A stretch of DNA of 64,000 bases from Podospora anserina (taxonomy: Eukaryota): positions 2,108,001 through 2,172,000 of the forward strand of contig CM030338.1 in assembly GCA_017654855.1 (NCBI GenBank), written 5' to 3'. Every line of letters begins with the position of its first letter. Position 1 is the first letter of the stretch. Under the pieces are notes generated by a model, which worked only from the letters and a program-made list of their open reading frames with translations, did not search any database and was not told the DNA's origin. The translations under genes and the position numbers were made by a program. Below are positions 14,927 through 25,639 of this stretch, one piece after another.

Positions 14927-15427
14927 CGAACATATGAAAATGAAAATAAGGGGGCATCTTGGTGGATTTTATGGATTGATATTTTGGGCTTGGTATGAGG
15001 CGCAAATGATTAGGATGATGTACCTATGTAATGAGAATGTAGACACGGCCAAAGATGAATAAAGCTGTGGTAATTATCTTGATAATTTTGCTGTTTGCTT
15101 TCGAAGGCATGGTGACACGCGAATGATAGAGGTCAACCGCCTACACTAGTCTGTATGAAAGTTATCCGAAGAACGAATTTGCACCCGAAGTATGTAAAAC
15201 ATCCCAATCCACTCGTGTCTCACTTCCAAATCACCGCGATGATCCACCTATTATCACTTCTGCAGCTATATCTCAAGCCAACCGAGAAAAGGATCCACAA
15301 CATCTCAGCCATTGTCACTTTCGCAACTATCACCAAGCATGTCCTTCCCACCAGATCATCTCCAACAACACACCGCACTTCCCCCCTCCTCTCAATCCAA
15401 ATCAATAACCTCCTCACTCCGCATCTG

Positions 15428-16729
15428 CTACTGCTGCTGCTGCTGCTGTTGCTGTTGCTGCCCCCCACTAATAGGCAACAACCCCCTCCCCAACTCCCCC
15501 TCGGTCGGATGCAACGCATACACCCCCGCCTCCGACCTCTCCCCATCAAACACCACAAAGTTCTGAATCGGCTGCTGCGTCCTCCCAAGCACATTAATCA
15601 CATCCTGCGCCAGCTGCCCCCCCAACACCGCCGCCACAGGCGAGACCTCCCCCCCAATATTCTGCAAAAACGCCCTCAACGTCTCGCTCCTCAGCGTCTC
15701 AGCCGGCAGCCCAAGCGCCTTGTGCTGCTCCCCGCACAAAATCGTAAACTGCGCCAGTTGCGCCTTATCATTCGGGTTGGGCCGAATGCCAAACTGCGAT
15801 TCAAACTCCCAGAGCCCTCGCAGACAAGACAAAATAGGGGTGACCACTTTTTTGCGGCGGGGGGATTTGAGAATTTCCGCTGGGAGGGGGGAGGAACTAG
15901 CCAGTAGCCATGTTGAAAAGAGTTCTCGTTTTGTGACGTTTTCGACTTTGGGGTCGTTGGGGTCGGGGCTGGAGGAGATGATTGATCTTGTGGGGGATTC
16001 CGGTCCTACCACGGTGGGGACGTTGGAGATGGATCTTGAGATGATGAAGTTGTGCTCGATGAGGTCCGAGAACAAGAACCCGTACATCCCGTGAGAGCCG
16101 GCCGCGTAGAATTTGCGGTTGTTGAGGCGGGTGGCTGTGTTGATTAGGTTTAGGGTGGGAGCGTCGAGGTCGGTGGCGATGATGATGTCAAAGGCGGAGA
16201 AGTAGGAAGGGGGTTTGAGGCGGATGTCGAGGGTGTCGATGTTAATACTAACGCGGGGGTTAAGGCGTTGAATGTTGGTTGAAGCGGCGATGGCGCGGTT
16301 GGTGCCGACTGGGGAGCGGTCAGAGGGGAGGAAGAATTGGGAGGTGAGGTCGGAGGGTAGGACGGGGCAGTGGTCGCAGAGGGTCAGGGAGTTGATGCCG
16401 GCTAGGACGAGGTTTTTGGCGATTTCGTTGGCGAGGGCTTTCATTGTTATGAGGAGGATGTTGGCGTTGCGGATGGATTGTTGGGCTTTGAGACCCCAGA
16501 GGCGGATTTGTCGGTCGTAGAGGGCGATTTCATCTGGGATGGGGGTTAGTAACTGTAAGATGTGATGGGAGAGAGGTGAGAACTTACCTGCGCTGATGCC
16601 ATTTGATATGGTCGAGGTGGGTGCTGGAACAGATCCATTGGTGTTCTCTTGCATCACAGGAACTGTGAGATTCTGGGTGTTCCCAGTGCCATTGGGGTTG
16701 CCGGCTGGTTCGGAGGTTGGAGCCTCCAT
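15428..16729 (-). CDS. AOS1: SUMO-activating enzyme E1 subunit Aos1/Rad31 (SAE1), ThiF family
   Basis: Motifs DEIALYDRQIRLWG, ANEIAKNLVLAGI, LNPRV and PVAAVLGGQLAQDVINVL. Intron 16534-16587 (GTAAGT...CTAAC...CAG, 54 nt, in frame). C-terminal polyQ ends at TAG 15428-15430. Confidence 0.92.
   Translation of the reverse strand: MEAPTSEPAGNPNGTGNTQNLTVPVMQENTNGSVPAPTSTISNGISAGKFSPLSHHILQLLTPIPDEIALYDRQIRLWGLKAQQSIRNANILLITMKALANEIAKNLVLAGINSLTLCDHCPVLPSDLTSQFFLPSDRSPVGTNRAIAASTNIQRLNPRVSINIDTLDIRLKPPSYFSAFDIIIATDLDAPTLNLINTATRLNNRKFYAAGSHGMYGFLFSDLIEHNFIISRSISNVPTVVGPESPTRSIISSSPDPNDPKVENVTKRELFSTWLLASSSPLPAEILKSPRRKKVVTPILSCLRGLWEFESQFGIRPNPNDKAQLAQFTILCGEQHKALGLPAETLRSETLRAFLQNIGGEVSPVAAVLGGQLAQDVINVLGRTQQPIQNFVVFDGERSEAGVYALHPTEGELGRGLLPISGGQQQQQQQQQQ
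15431..15460 (-). repeat. CAG/CAA trinucleotide run encoding Q10 at the AOS1 C-terminus
   Basis: Plus strand reads ctgctgctgctgctgctgttgctgttgctg immediately beside the stop codon. Confidence 0.9.
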
Positions 16730-17082
16730 CGTGGCCAGTCCTCAAGTGAGTTTCTCGAGCTCGTCGAGTCGATAATTGAGGTTGGAAATGATGGTGCAAG
16801 AGAAGAGTCGAAATGAGAAGCCGCAGAGATCAAGGAAAGTCTGGAGTAAAAAACCCCAACGCCAGCTCCAAGCCAAAGGAATGACGATCGACCACTCCTG
16901 AGAGAGTGAGAGAGGTGTTGGTGTGTGTGTCTGTGTGTGAGGTTGAACGTGACAGTTCGCGTGGCTGCAGGTTGTGTTTGATCACTCCAGGCAAACGGTG
17001 CAGCCTTGTGGACCAACCGAGACGGAAGGAGGGAAGGGGTTCCTGATAAGCTCGGGCTCCCGTTTCTTGTGATTATCTTGCT

Positions 17083-17111
17083 CTTGTTTCTTGTTTCTTG
17101 TTTCTTGTTTC
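17083..17111. repeat. 7-bp tandem repeat (CTTGTTT)x4 in the divergent region between AOS1 and the hypothetical gene
   Basis: cttgtttcttgtttcttgtttcttgtttc read directly. Confidence 0.85.
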
Positions 17112-17670
17112 CCTGTGTCGCCAATTTGCAAAGTGTTTCTCGTCTGTACTGCCGTCTTCCGTAATCCCTAGTCAAGAGATGGTTTTAACGATGTTCCCGG
17201 GATTTATGGGGACGATGCACGGCTGCGATGCCAGTGTGGCTTGGCGTGACGCGGGTTTAATAAGTACTTTTGTGCCCATACAAAGAAGTGTGACGTTGCA
17301 GGTACATGCTACCAATTAGCCATTCATTCTCTCAAACCCCGCCATTTTGAACTGGACAAGCTAAAGAAGTGAACGGGCCCTTTGCTGTCGCCTCCCACCA
17401 AAAAGGCCCCAAGATGCCCGTTTCCTGACATCCACACAGCATCCACTGCACTTCTTCTGCGCTTCATGTGTCCACTTGACCCTGCGGATTGAACCTCTTA
17501 CTCTTTTGCTCCTTTTCTCTCTGCAACAACCCAGCTCGACTCTCTTCTGCTGTTTTCATACCAAGGCCGACCCTTGACTCTCTACTGCTGCTGTTTTCAT
17601 AGCGTGCTTTGCGACAGTCATATCACGCTTCTCGCTGCGGTCATCAGTGCCTGTGCCTTTGTCGCTTTTC

Positions 17671-19599
17671 ATGGTGAGTGTTGCCTCCGACATAAACCCC
17701 CCCAATCACCCTCGTCCCTCCTGGCCCTCTGTTTGGGCGCCCGGCCGCCTGCTTGATTGCCTGGGAGCCTGCATATCCAAAACTGCCCAACAGCCTTGTT
17801 CGAGTCTTTCAGGGCAGATGCATTTTCATTCTGACCAAAACCCACAGTCTGGCAACTCCTCGCAGCGCAACGACCCATTGGATGATTCCAGGCCGTGGTG
17901 GTTTCCACGAGTGCCCAGCAGACGAGAGCGGATCCCTGGTGAACGACGTCGTACGGCTCCAACCACAACCACAACCACGTCTGGAGAATTTCATAGAGCT
18001 ATAGCGAGGTATAACCGAAACATTGAACGGGTCCGCCGGAATCTCGACGCTGTAGAAAACCGACGTTATCATCCGGAAGCCAGCATGTCCTCTGCTGATA
18101 GGGATCTGCGACGAAGATTCAATCGTGATCCGCCCACCACCAACGACCCGCCCGCAGTCCCCGGCGCTCCCTCACTCCCCCCTCTCCGGTCTCTTGGCTC
18201 GAGAGCTCGACCTGGCATGGCGTCGGGGTCAGGCTCACGATCAAGCCGCTACCGCCCCGAGCGGTTGCTCCGCGCCACCAACTTTGATTCCCGCATCAAT
18301 AATACTTCTTCGCATGTCGTCTCCGATGAGCATCCCGACGCCAACTCTCACCTTCGCGCCCTCTTGGACTTGCCCAATATCGGCACCCTCATCTCACCAC
18401 TGGCTCCCACGAGCATGACGCCCACATTGTACAGCCAGGACACCGAGGACACCCGTCGCACCAAGCGGCGAAAGCTGGACAATGACAAGGTCGGTCCAAA
18501 GTTCAAGGGGTTCCATTATGGACATTATGGACAGTTGGAGCCCGGCAGGTTGACCATGGAGATTGTGAGCTGTGACGGGGGGCTCTATCAAGAATCACTA
18601 CAATACCCGCCGGAAAATATCCTGAAGAATGACGATTCAGTGTACTGCACCAAAGGCAATCGGTGCAACATCATCCTGAGGCATACAGGCGGGACCGTTT
18701 TCAGCCTTACCGAGCTTGTCATCAAGGCCCCCGGATCAAGCTACTCATGCCCGTATGTCTCTATCGATCCTCTCCACATATCGCATACTTACACCAGGAA
18801 CAGGGTTAGAGAAGGGATGGTATTTGTGGCCATGAAGTCAGACGAGCTCCTCACCCGCACAGCGCAGTATCAGATCCAGTATCTCCCCCCGCAACAAAGG
18901 ACAAATAACACCCTAGTATATTCGGTCCGTCATGAGGAGGACGGTAGTTCCATCACACGCCTTCAACCACCAGTGCGGGAATTCAGCTTTGGTTTGGACG
19001 ACGATGAGGACTATAGAACAGCCCAAATCCCGCCAGAGTTTGCTGTACCGCCACCACCCTTCAACATTACGACAGAATGTACCGACGATGGTAGCGACGA
19101 CGATGATGATGGACGTGTACTTCCCCCGCATCTCCGGTCACGTAACAGAAGGACGCCGAACCGTATAGGGTCACTGCCATTTGAGAGCGAGAGCAGCGAA
19201 GAGGACCGAGACCCATGGGGTAACCCGTCCTCGGACTGGAGAGCTTTCGATAACTTGACTCGGCGTCGATATACCGCTCGCGGTGGCGGACGGCAGCATG
19301 AAAGTACCAGCAGTACGACGTTGGAAGAAGCCCAAGAAGCTTCGCAAATCGCAACGCAAGAGGCGGTACGGGCAGTTGGTGGCGAGCTCATGGCACCGTT
19401 GGCACACTTCTTTATCGAAAAGGATAAGAATAAGTGCACCATTCGGTTTGATCCGCCAGTGAGCGGGCGTTTTATACTCCTCAAGATGTGGAGTCCTCCA
19501 CAGGACCTGTCTGATCGGTCGAGCAATATCGATATCGAGGCAGTGGTTGCCCAAGGATTTGCCGGGCCAAGGTACTTTCCTTCAGTGGAGCTTGCCTAA
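17671..19599 (+). CDS. Fungal hypothetical protein with a split galactose-binding/discoidin-like beta-sandwich domain
   Basis: Long ORF. Probable ATG-only first coding exon at 17671-17673, intron 17674-17847 (GTGAGT...CTGAC...CAG) and intron 18753-18803 (GTATGT...CAG). Globular blocks LTMEIVSCDGG...YPPENILKNDDSVYCT...LTELVIKAP and KCTIRFDPPVSGRFILLKMWSP...NIDI. NLS-like TKRRKL. Confidence 0.75.
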   Translation: MVSVASDINPPNHPRPSWPSVWAPGRLLDCLGACISKTAQQPCSSLSGQMHFHSDQNPQSGNSSQRNDPLDDSRPWWFPRVPSRRERIPGERRRTAPTTTTTTSGEFHRAIARYNRNIERVRRNLDAVENRRYHPEASMSSADRDLRRRFNRDPPTTNDPPAVPGAPSLPPLRSLGSRARPGMASGSGSRSSRYRPERLLRATNFDSRINNTSSHVVSDEHPDANSHLRALLDLPNIGTLISPLAPTSMTPTLYSQDTEDTRRTKRRKLDNDKVGPKFKGFHYGHYGQLEPGRLTMEIVSCDGGLYQESLQYPPENILKNDDSVYCTKGNRCNIILRHTGGTVFSLTELVIKAPGSSYSCPYVSIDPLHISHTYTRNRVREGMVFVAMKSDELLTRTAQYQIQYLPPQQRTNNTLVYSVRHEEDGSSITRLQPPVREFSFGLDDDEDYRTAQIPPEFAVPPPPFNITTECTDDGSDDDDDGRVLPPHLRSRNRRTPNRIGSLPFESESSEEDRDPWGNPSSDWRAFDNLTRRRYTARGGGRQHESTSSTTLEEAQEASQIATQEAVRAVGGELMAPLAHFFIEKDKNKCTIRFDPPVSGRFILLKMWSPPQDLSDRSSNIDIEAVVAQGFAGPRYFPSVELA

Positions 19600-20504
19600 A
19601 GACCGGGAGAGGGATCTCGGTGTTTGGTTCATGGAGCTGTGGGATATACTTGTAGATGCATTTTGGCGGCGAATTGGCGTACAACCGGAACCTCTGGTGG
19701 ACTGGAGGAAAAGCATTGGAAGGGGTGTTGACCTGCATGATCACAGCATCATGAAGTTACTTTGTTCTGCATTTGAAGTTTTTCATGTGGCATGGCGAGC
19801 AGGAGCCTGTATAAGACATGAGGGTATGCAGTAAGATGAATAAACAATCATTTGGCCTTTGGGAGTGTCTAGCAACATCAAACATACACAACCCTGTACC
19901 ATTCTACATACATTTACTAAGATTAACATCCTTGAGACTTTTGGGACCAATCAAGGCTATTTACCAGTGATTCATGATGAATTGCGGCATTGAGTCACTC
20001 GCCCTTGGGACTGGGTGGCGTATGCATTACAATCTGCCTTAGCCTTGCCAACCCCCAGCCCTTTGAGTCACCATAAGTGCAGGCAAAGCCGAGAATGGTT
20101 TGGCAGAAGGCGATGAAAGGCAAAGTCTGAAATGATTTGTGATGATGAGAGTGACCAGAGAAGATTAAAAAGACTATGCTGCTCTGCGTTTTCGCCCCTG
20201 CGATTAGATAAGCCTTGGCTGGAGAGCACAGTCTGTTTAGCTATTAGTCACCAGGCGGGACCACTATTTGGGTTGGGCCCCACTTCCTTCTAGGTTTCTT
20301 GGCTGACCGACCAGGACCCCAGAATGATATATTTTCTTCTCGGCCGCCCTGTTTGCTTCCACCATCCAACAGAGCAATCCAAGCAAACTCACCACCAGCC
20401 TTCCACCGCAACGCCTCTTTTTGTCGTATCAAGTCCGGCACTTTTTCGATACCCCGAGGTTTTTTTTTAAAAAAAAGAAGGAATCAGAGAAAAAGGAAGC
20501 AAAC

Positions 20505-21654
20505 ATGGCTGTCAGAGCGCAATTTGAGAACTCCAACGAGTAAGTTCTGCATGGAAATGCGATGCGCATTGCGATGCAATTTTTGCCCCACCCCACCACA
20601 CCTCTATCGCTATCTTCATCATGGAGGAAAACCTGCCCCGCGGCGACGACAGAGCGAGCTATAGGGGTTTTGTCTGGTCGCATTCATATGGGACAGCTCA
20701 AGAGCATTGTTGCCTTTGACTCGAATATCTCGAGGGGAGTGGGATGGTGCCTATACTCAGACATTGGGGTCTAAAGAGGGGAAACGCGGGGTACCGAAAC
20801 AGCACAACAGCATGCAGACTTCACAAGCCACACGGACTACTTGTTCAGAAAGAGGGACGACAGACGGCTAACGTTTTATTTTACAGAGTTGGTGTCTTTT
20901 CCACCCTCACAAACTCTTACGCCCTCGTGGCGGTCGGTGCCAGCGAAAACTTCTATAGCGTGTTCGAGGCCGAGCTCCAGGATGTCATTCCCATCTGCAG
21001 AACGACGATTGCCGGCACGCGGATCATTGGGCGGTTAACAGCTGGGTATGTTGTCGACTCTCTCAACATATTCTTGTCCTGCGGCTGAGCTAACAATGAA
21101 AAAAAAGTAACCGAAAAGGTCTTCTCGTCCCCACCACAACCACCGACCAAGAACTCCAACACCTCCGCAACTCCCTCCCCGACGAAATCCGCATACAGCG
21201 CATCGAGGAGCGTCTCTCGGCCCTCGGCAACGTCATCGTCTGCAACGACCACACAGCCCTCGTCCACCCCGATCTAGAGCCTGAGACGGAAGAGATCATC
21301 GCTGATGTCCTCGGTGTGGAAGTTTTCAGGCAAACCATTGCCGATCACGTGTTGGTGGGCACATACATGGCGCTGAGCAACCAAGGCGGTCTGGTGCACC
21401 CCAAGACGAGCATTCAGGACCAGGATGAGCTGAGCAGCTTGCTGCAGGTACCTCTTGTGGCGGGCAGTGTCAACAGAGGTAGCAATGTTATTGGCGGCGG
21501 CATGGTGGTGAACGACTGGATGGCGGTGACGGGGTTGGATACCACAGCGCCGGAACTCAGCGTGATTGAGAGTGTGTTCAGGCTGGGTGAGGGTGCGGCG
21601 CCGGGGGCGATTAATACGACCATGAAGGAGACGATGGTGGAGTCGTTCTACTGA
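20505..21654 (+). CDS. TIF6: Eukaryotic translation initiation factor 6 (60S biogenesis factor)
   Basis: Exons 20505-20539 ([12 protein letters not shown]), 20887-21045 ([14 protein letters not shown]...IIGRLTAG) and 21108-21654 (NRKGLLVP...VAGSVNRGS...[13 protein letters not shown]). Intron 2 uses an AAG acceptor. Confidence 0.97.
20630..20809 (+). ncRNA. Candidate intronic box H/ACA snoRNA
   Basis: Lies inside the 347-nt TIF6 intron 1. Hairpin 1 pairs CTGCCC/GGGACAG, GCGAC/GTCGC and GACAGAGC/GTTTTGTC. H box AGAGCA at 20701-20706. Hairpin 2 is closed by TTGTT/AACAG, with ACA at 20804-20806. Confidence 0.6.
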
Positions 21655-23113
21655 GGGGTTCAGTTCACTGCAAAAAGGACATGGCTATGGTTTTTTGTGG
21701 TAGCGGGTGGTTTTGCCTCATGGTAGGATGGTCAACACTGAATAGATGGCCGACGGGGGAGGCCCCGAGTGGCGTCAAAAGATACCCAGTCATCACCAAC
21801 TACCTGCATTTCAACATGTGTGATGTGTAATGTATGTCTCAATAGTTGGTGTTCGTGGCAGTCAGCCTCGAGAAATGAGACATTCCTGCCCAAGCATCAG
21901 AAGCATGTGAGCTAGACATGCCCTTTGAGTTCTACCAGTATGTGAGAACTGCTAAATTTTGCACCTCTACGACCTCCTCTTTCTATGGCAACAGAGAGTT
22001 GGATCACAGCTTGCTCAAAGCTCGGGTTCACTGGGCTTTAAAGTTTAGGCTAGCCTCAGGGCAAGTCAGGGCCCGACGAGCCGTTGCAAGACCAGCGGGG
22101 ACGTTGTCAGGACAGATCGGACAGACTGCGGTTCCACGTAGGAGCGTTGGATTGGTTTAAGCAGTGATGAGAGACAGAAAATTCGTGGAGGGGGAAATGT
22201 GTAGAAATAAAGTGGCTGGATATGAGAGATAAATTCTTTGACTGAACCGGTGATAACCGAGTCAGATAGTTGCAGGATAGATTCCGAGTGATGATATTCA
22301 GCTGAACTGAAGAGAGGTGATCGTGGGGTTGATGGCTGGGAGTTGAAGGTCTTGGGAGAGGTGTTGGTCTTGGCAAAGGCGGTCAGCCAGAACCCTGGAA
22401 ACGAGATCCCCGAGAGAGCGAGAGGCACTGACGGTCGACCACCTGCAAGGAACGGGAAAACTTGTTTTTGTAAACAAGACAGCTTTGGGTGGTTTTCTTT
22501 TTTGTCGCACAACCACTTCTTGGACTTTTTCTGATCTTTTTGTTTTACTTTTTGTGTTGCCGCAGAGAAGAACCAGAAGCTCGAGGACGACAGGTTATCC
22601 TGGTTTTACTTTTCAGGTCCCCAGCCATACACAACCATATCTACTGCGTACACAAACCACCACCACACCCAACCTCCTACGACCGCGTTTTTTGCATGCA
22701 AGTTGAGGCTCCGCTTGCTCAGAAAGGTTTTGCTGCCGCCGGCGCCGGGCTGGGAAAGATCTCGGGAATCTCCCACGTGTTGTTGAGGGATGAGATGAGC
22801 AGAGGGTGAGGGCCGAGGTTGTTGGACTTGTGTGTTGTTGTGTGGAAATAAGCGAAAGTGTGGAGGATCGTCGCAAACGTTTCCTCGTTTTCATCTCAAT
22901 ATCGCTTCCCTTTCACGAGACATTGTTTCGCCTTGTGGAATGCTTTGACAGCAAAAGGGCAAGCAAACAAGACGTCACCGGCTGAGAATTATCAACACAT
23001 ACACCCACACTATTGAGAGGAAAATTCCAGGGATTCTATTTTGACCAAGGGAAACAAAAAAGTCCAGGCCACCTTTCATCCACCCCCCCGAAGCCGCGAA
23101 ACATTAACTCATC

Positions 23114-24811
23114 ATGCTAAGCGACGACAACCCTGTTTCGTCCTCCCCACAACCTCCCAGGTCTGGCCAGACTGTTCATCCTATCCTTCCTGCTCAACAA
23201 GCAGCAGCCGTGCCAGAAGCCCGCGCCTTACGAGGATCATCTGCTGGCAGTAGCCAGGATAATGGATACGGCTCTCCACGCCAGGAGCTTGAGCGGCGCG
23301 CGACGGTAACACCAAATTCACCACCACCACCACCAGCATCGGCGCACCAGCAGCAGTCCTCGCCCTTTAGCTTTATCGCGCCGAAGCCATCTCTTCCGCC
23401 CTTCTCGGAATATCACAGCGGGTATTCTGATGCCGACCTCGAAGAATCCTCCTCCACCTGTCCATCACCGTTACCCTTTGGGCCACCACATAATAAACAT
23501 CTACACCGCCGGCAGCAGTCATTCCCCAACTTGTTCCCCCTGGCACTGCGGAACCAAAGCCGGACCCCTTCCCCGACGAGGAAGAAGACGCACCATCAAC
23601 GATTTCCGTCTGAACAAATGCCATACACAGGAGAAGGGAGGATACGCCAAAGGGCGGAAAGCCCACGATCAGGCCTGGCAGGGTGGTTAAGTGGAACAGC
23701 AGCAGGGTCAGCGCTGGGGATGACCCCGAACAGCAGCATTGATGACCGGACCAACAACAACAACTCCAGCACCACCCCGACAACGAGTGGCAATGATAAA
23801 AAACAAATTTCTGAAGCCCCTGACATGATGACACCCACCCGTCCCCCCCCTCAACGATCATCTCTCCCACCACCTCCCACCCCAAAAACAGCCACCACCA
23901 CTCCCGCAGGAGGAGGAGGAGGGACTATGACATCGCGGTTCATGTCGGCCTTTACATCCCGCTTCACAGCCCCAACCACACCGACAACCTCGACAATGGA
24001 AGCCGCTGACGAGCTGTTGACGCTCAACATTGAAACCGCCTTGTTTCCCCCTTCCTCCACCCCAGGAAACGAAACATTCTCCCCGGCCGCCTTTAAAAAC
24101 TTTCAAGCCAACGCTGTCGGGTTGCTGACCAAATACCAAACCGCCTACAAATCCCAGTCAGGCACAATCCACAACCTACGTCAGGAACACTCCGCCCAGA
24201 AAGACGAGCTGGAAGAGGCGGAAACAAGGGCGAAGCACCTGAAATTTCAACTGGAAAACATGGCCAAGGAGCTGGCGGAGCAGCAGCACAAGGTTCGGGC
24301 ATTAACTGAAGAACTCCAGCACGAAAGGGAGAGGAGTAAAGCCCCCTCTGTGGTGTTATCTGAAGATCTCGGTGTTGACAAAATCCGGCATCATAAGCGC
24401 CGCAGCGGGGAGAGCTGGTCAGCGGATGATGACGAGGAGGTGGAGAGCGCGGAGAGTGAAAGTGTGTTTAGCAGTAGGTGTAGGAGCCCGGTGCCGGAGA
24501 CGCCTGTACAGGGGGGGTTTCCCGGAGGGAATAGTAAGTTGGGCACGCCAACGACTAGCAGCACAACGCCGAGACAGCAGACGCAGCAGCCGAAGCCGGT
24601 GACGATGAATGCCTTTCAAAAGATTTTTAGGGGGGTGGTGGCGGCCGGGGAGGAAGGGGGGTGTAGGAACTGCAAGGGGCAGGATGCGAGTGTGGCTTGG
24701 GATACGGTTGGCTTGCTGAGGGATGAGAATAGACAACTCAAGACACGGGTGGGGGAGCTGGAGGGGGTGGTGGAGGGGGCATTGGATTTGGTTAATGGGA
24801 TTGGCATGTGA
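23114..24811 (+). CDS. Hypothetical protein: Pro/Ser/Thr-rich disordered N-terminus, central and C-terminal coiled coils
   Basis: 565-aa ATG-initiated ORF with an in-frame TAA just upstream. Contains FSPAAFKNFQANA, heptads [20 protein letters not shown], and CRNC...AWDTVGLLRDENRQLKTRVGELE. Confidence 0.85.
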   Translation: MLSDDNPVSSSPQPPRSGQTVHPILPAQQAAAVPEARALRGSSAGSSQDNGYGSPRQELERRATVTPNSPPPPPASAHQQQSSPFSFIAPKPSLPPFSEYHSGYSDADLEESSSTCPSPLPFGPPHNKHLHRRQQSFPNLFPLALRNQSRTPSPTRKKTHHQRFPSEQMPYTGEGRIRQRAESPRSGLAGWLSGTAAGSALGMTPNSSIDDRTNNNNSSTTPTTSGNDKKQISEAPDMMTPTRPPPQRSSLPPPPTPKTATTTPAGGGGGTMTSRFMSAFTSRFTAPTTPTTSTMEAADELLTLNIETALFPPSSTPGNETFSPAAFKNFQANAVGLLTKYQTAYKSQSGTIHNLRQEHSAQKDELEEAETRAKHLKFQLENMAKELAEQQHKVRALTEELQHERERSKAPSVVLSEDLGVDKIRHHKRRSGESWSADDDEEVESAESESVFSSRCRSPVPETPVQGGFPGGNSKLGTPTTSSTTPRQQTQQPKPVTMNAFQKIFRGVVAAGEEGGCRNCKGQDASVAWDTVGLLRDENRQLKTRVGELEGVVEGALDLVNGIGM

Positions 24812-25639
24812 GGGTGTCTCATCTCATCTCGTCGTTGTCTGTGGATTTTAGAGGACGTTTTTTCGGGGGAGGGCATATCGTGCAATTTAGATTGGGGATA
24901 CGGGTAGCGGAATATTTTGGGATGGAGTTAGGGGGGGATATATAGGTGTTGGGGGTTTTGATCTTTCTTCTTTTTGTGAGGAAAGGTTGTGTGGACCTGC
25001 TCATTAAGGGGGTGAGACAAGTAAACTTCCTCATCAAGCCAACCAACCTCTAAATTACAACCATGGGTTTCCGTGACACGTTCGTTGATATAGTGATATC
25101 AGGTTGTCTGTATCTCCCCTCCAGGAAACCTCCTCTTGTGCTCTTCACACCGTCACCAACCTCTTCTCGAGACGTAGGCATTTACATGGAATTCACATCT
25201 CGCACTGACAATCGCGCAAATGAACAGACTTCGCCAACTCTCTCATAATGCATTTGGTAGCCGCTCAAAACTCAAATAACTACTCTGCAGACTAAAAAAT
25301 ACATTCGCTACCTTACTCGCTGTCCCGATATTGCTTTTTCGAATCGAAAACAAACCTCCCGACGTTTCAACCCCCACAAAACCCCCTTTTTGTTTCCCGG
25401 CCCTCAACCCAACCCCAAAACAATGCACAACTCCGAAAAATCATCCCCGAAGAGAAGGAGTTCGAGGCGGAGAGCCCCTCGAAATCATTTACGTTACTCC
25501 GTGCGCATAAAACAGCACATTAATCAAGAGCAGCAGACCCACCACCTGTCATCGTTGATTCCGCAGTAGAACCAGCAGCAGTTGTCCCCTCCGTAGCAGT
25601 CCCACCACCCCCACCTGAGAAGCAGAACCTTGACCATCA

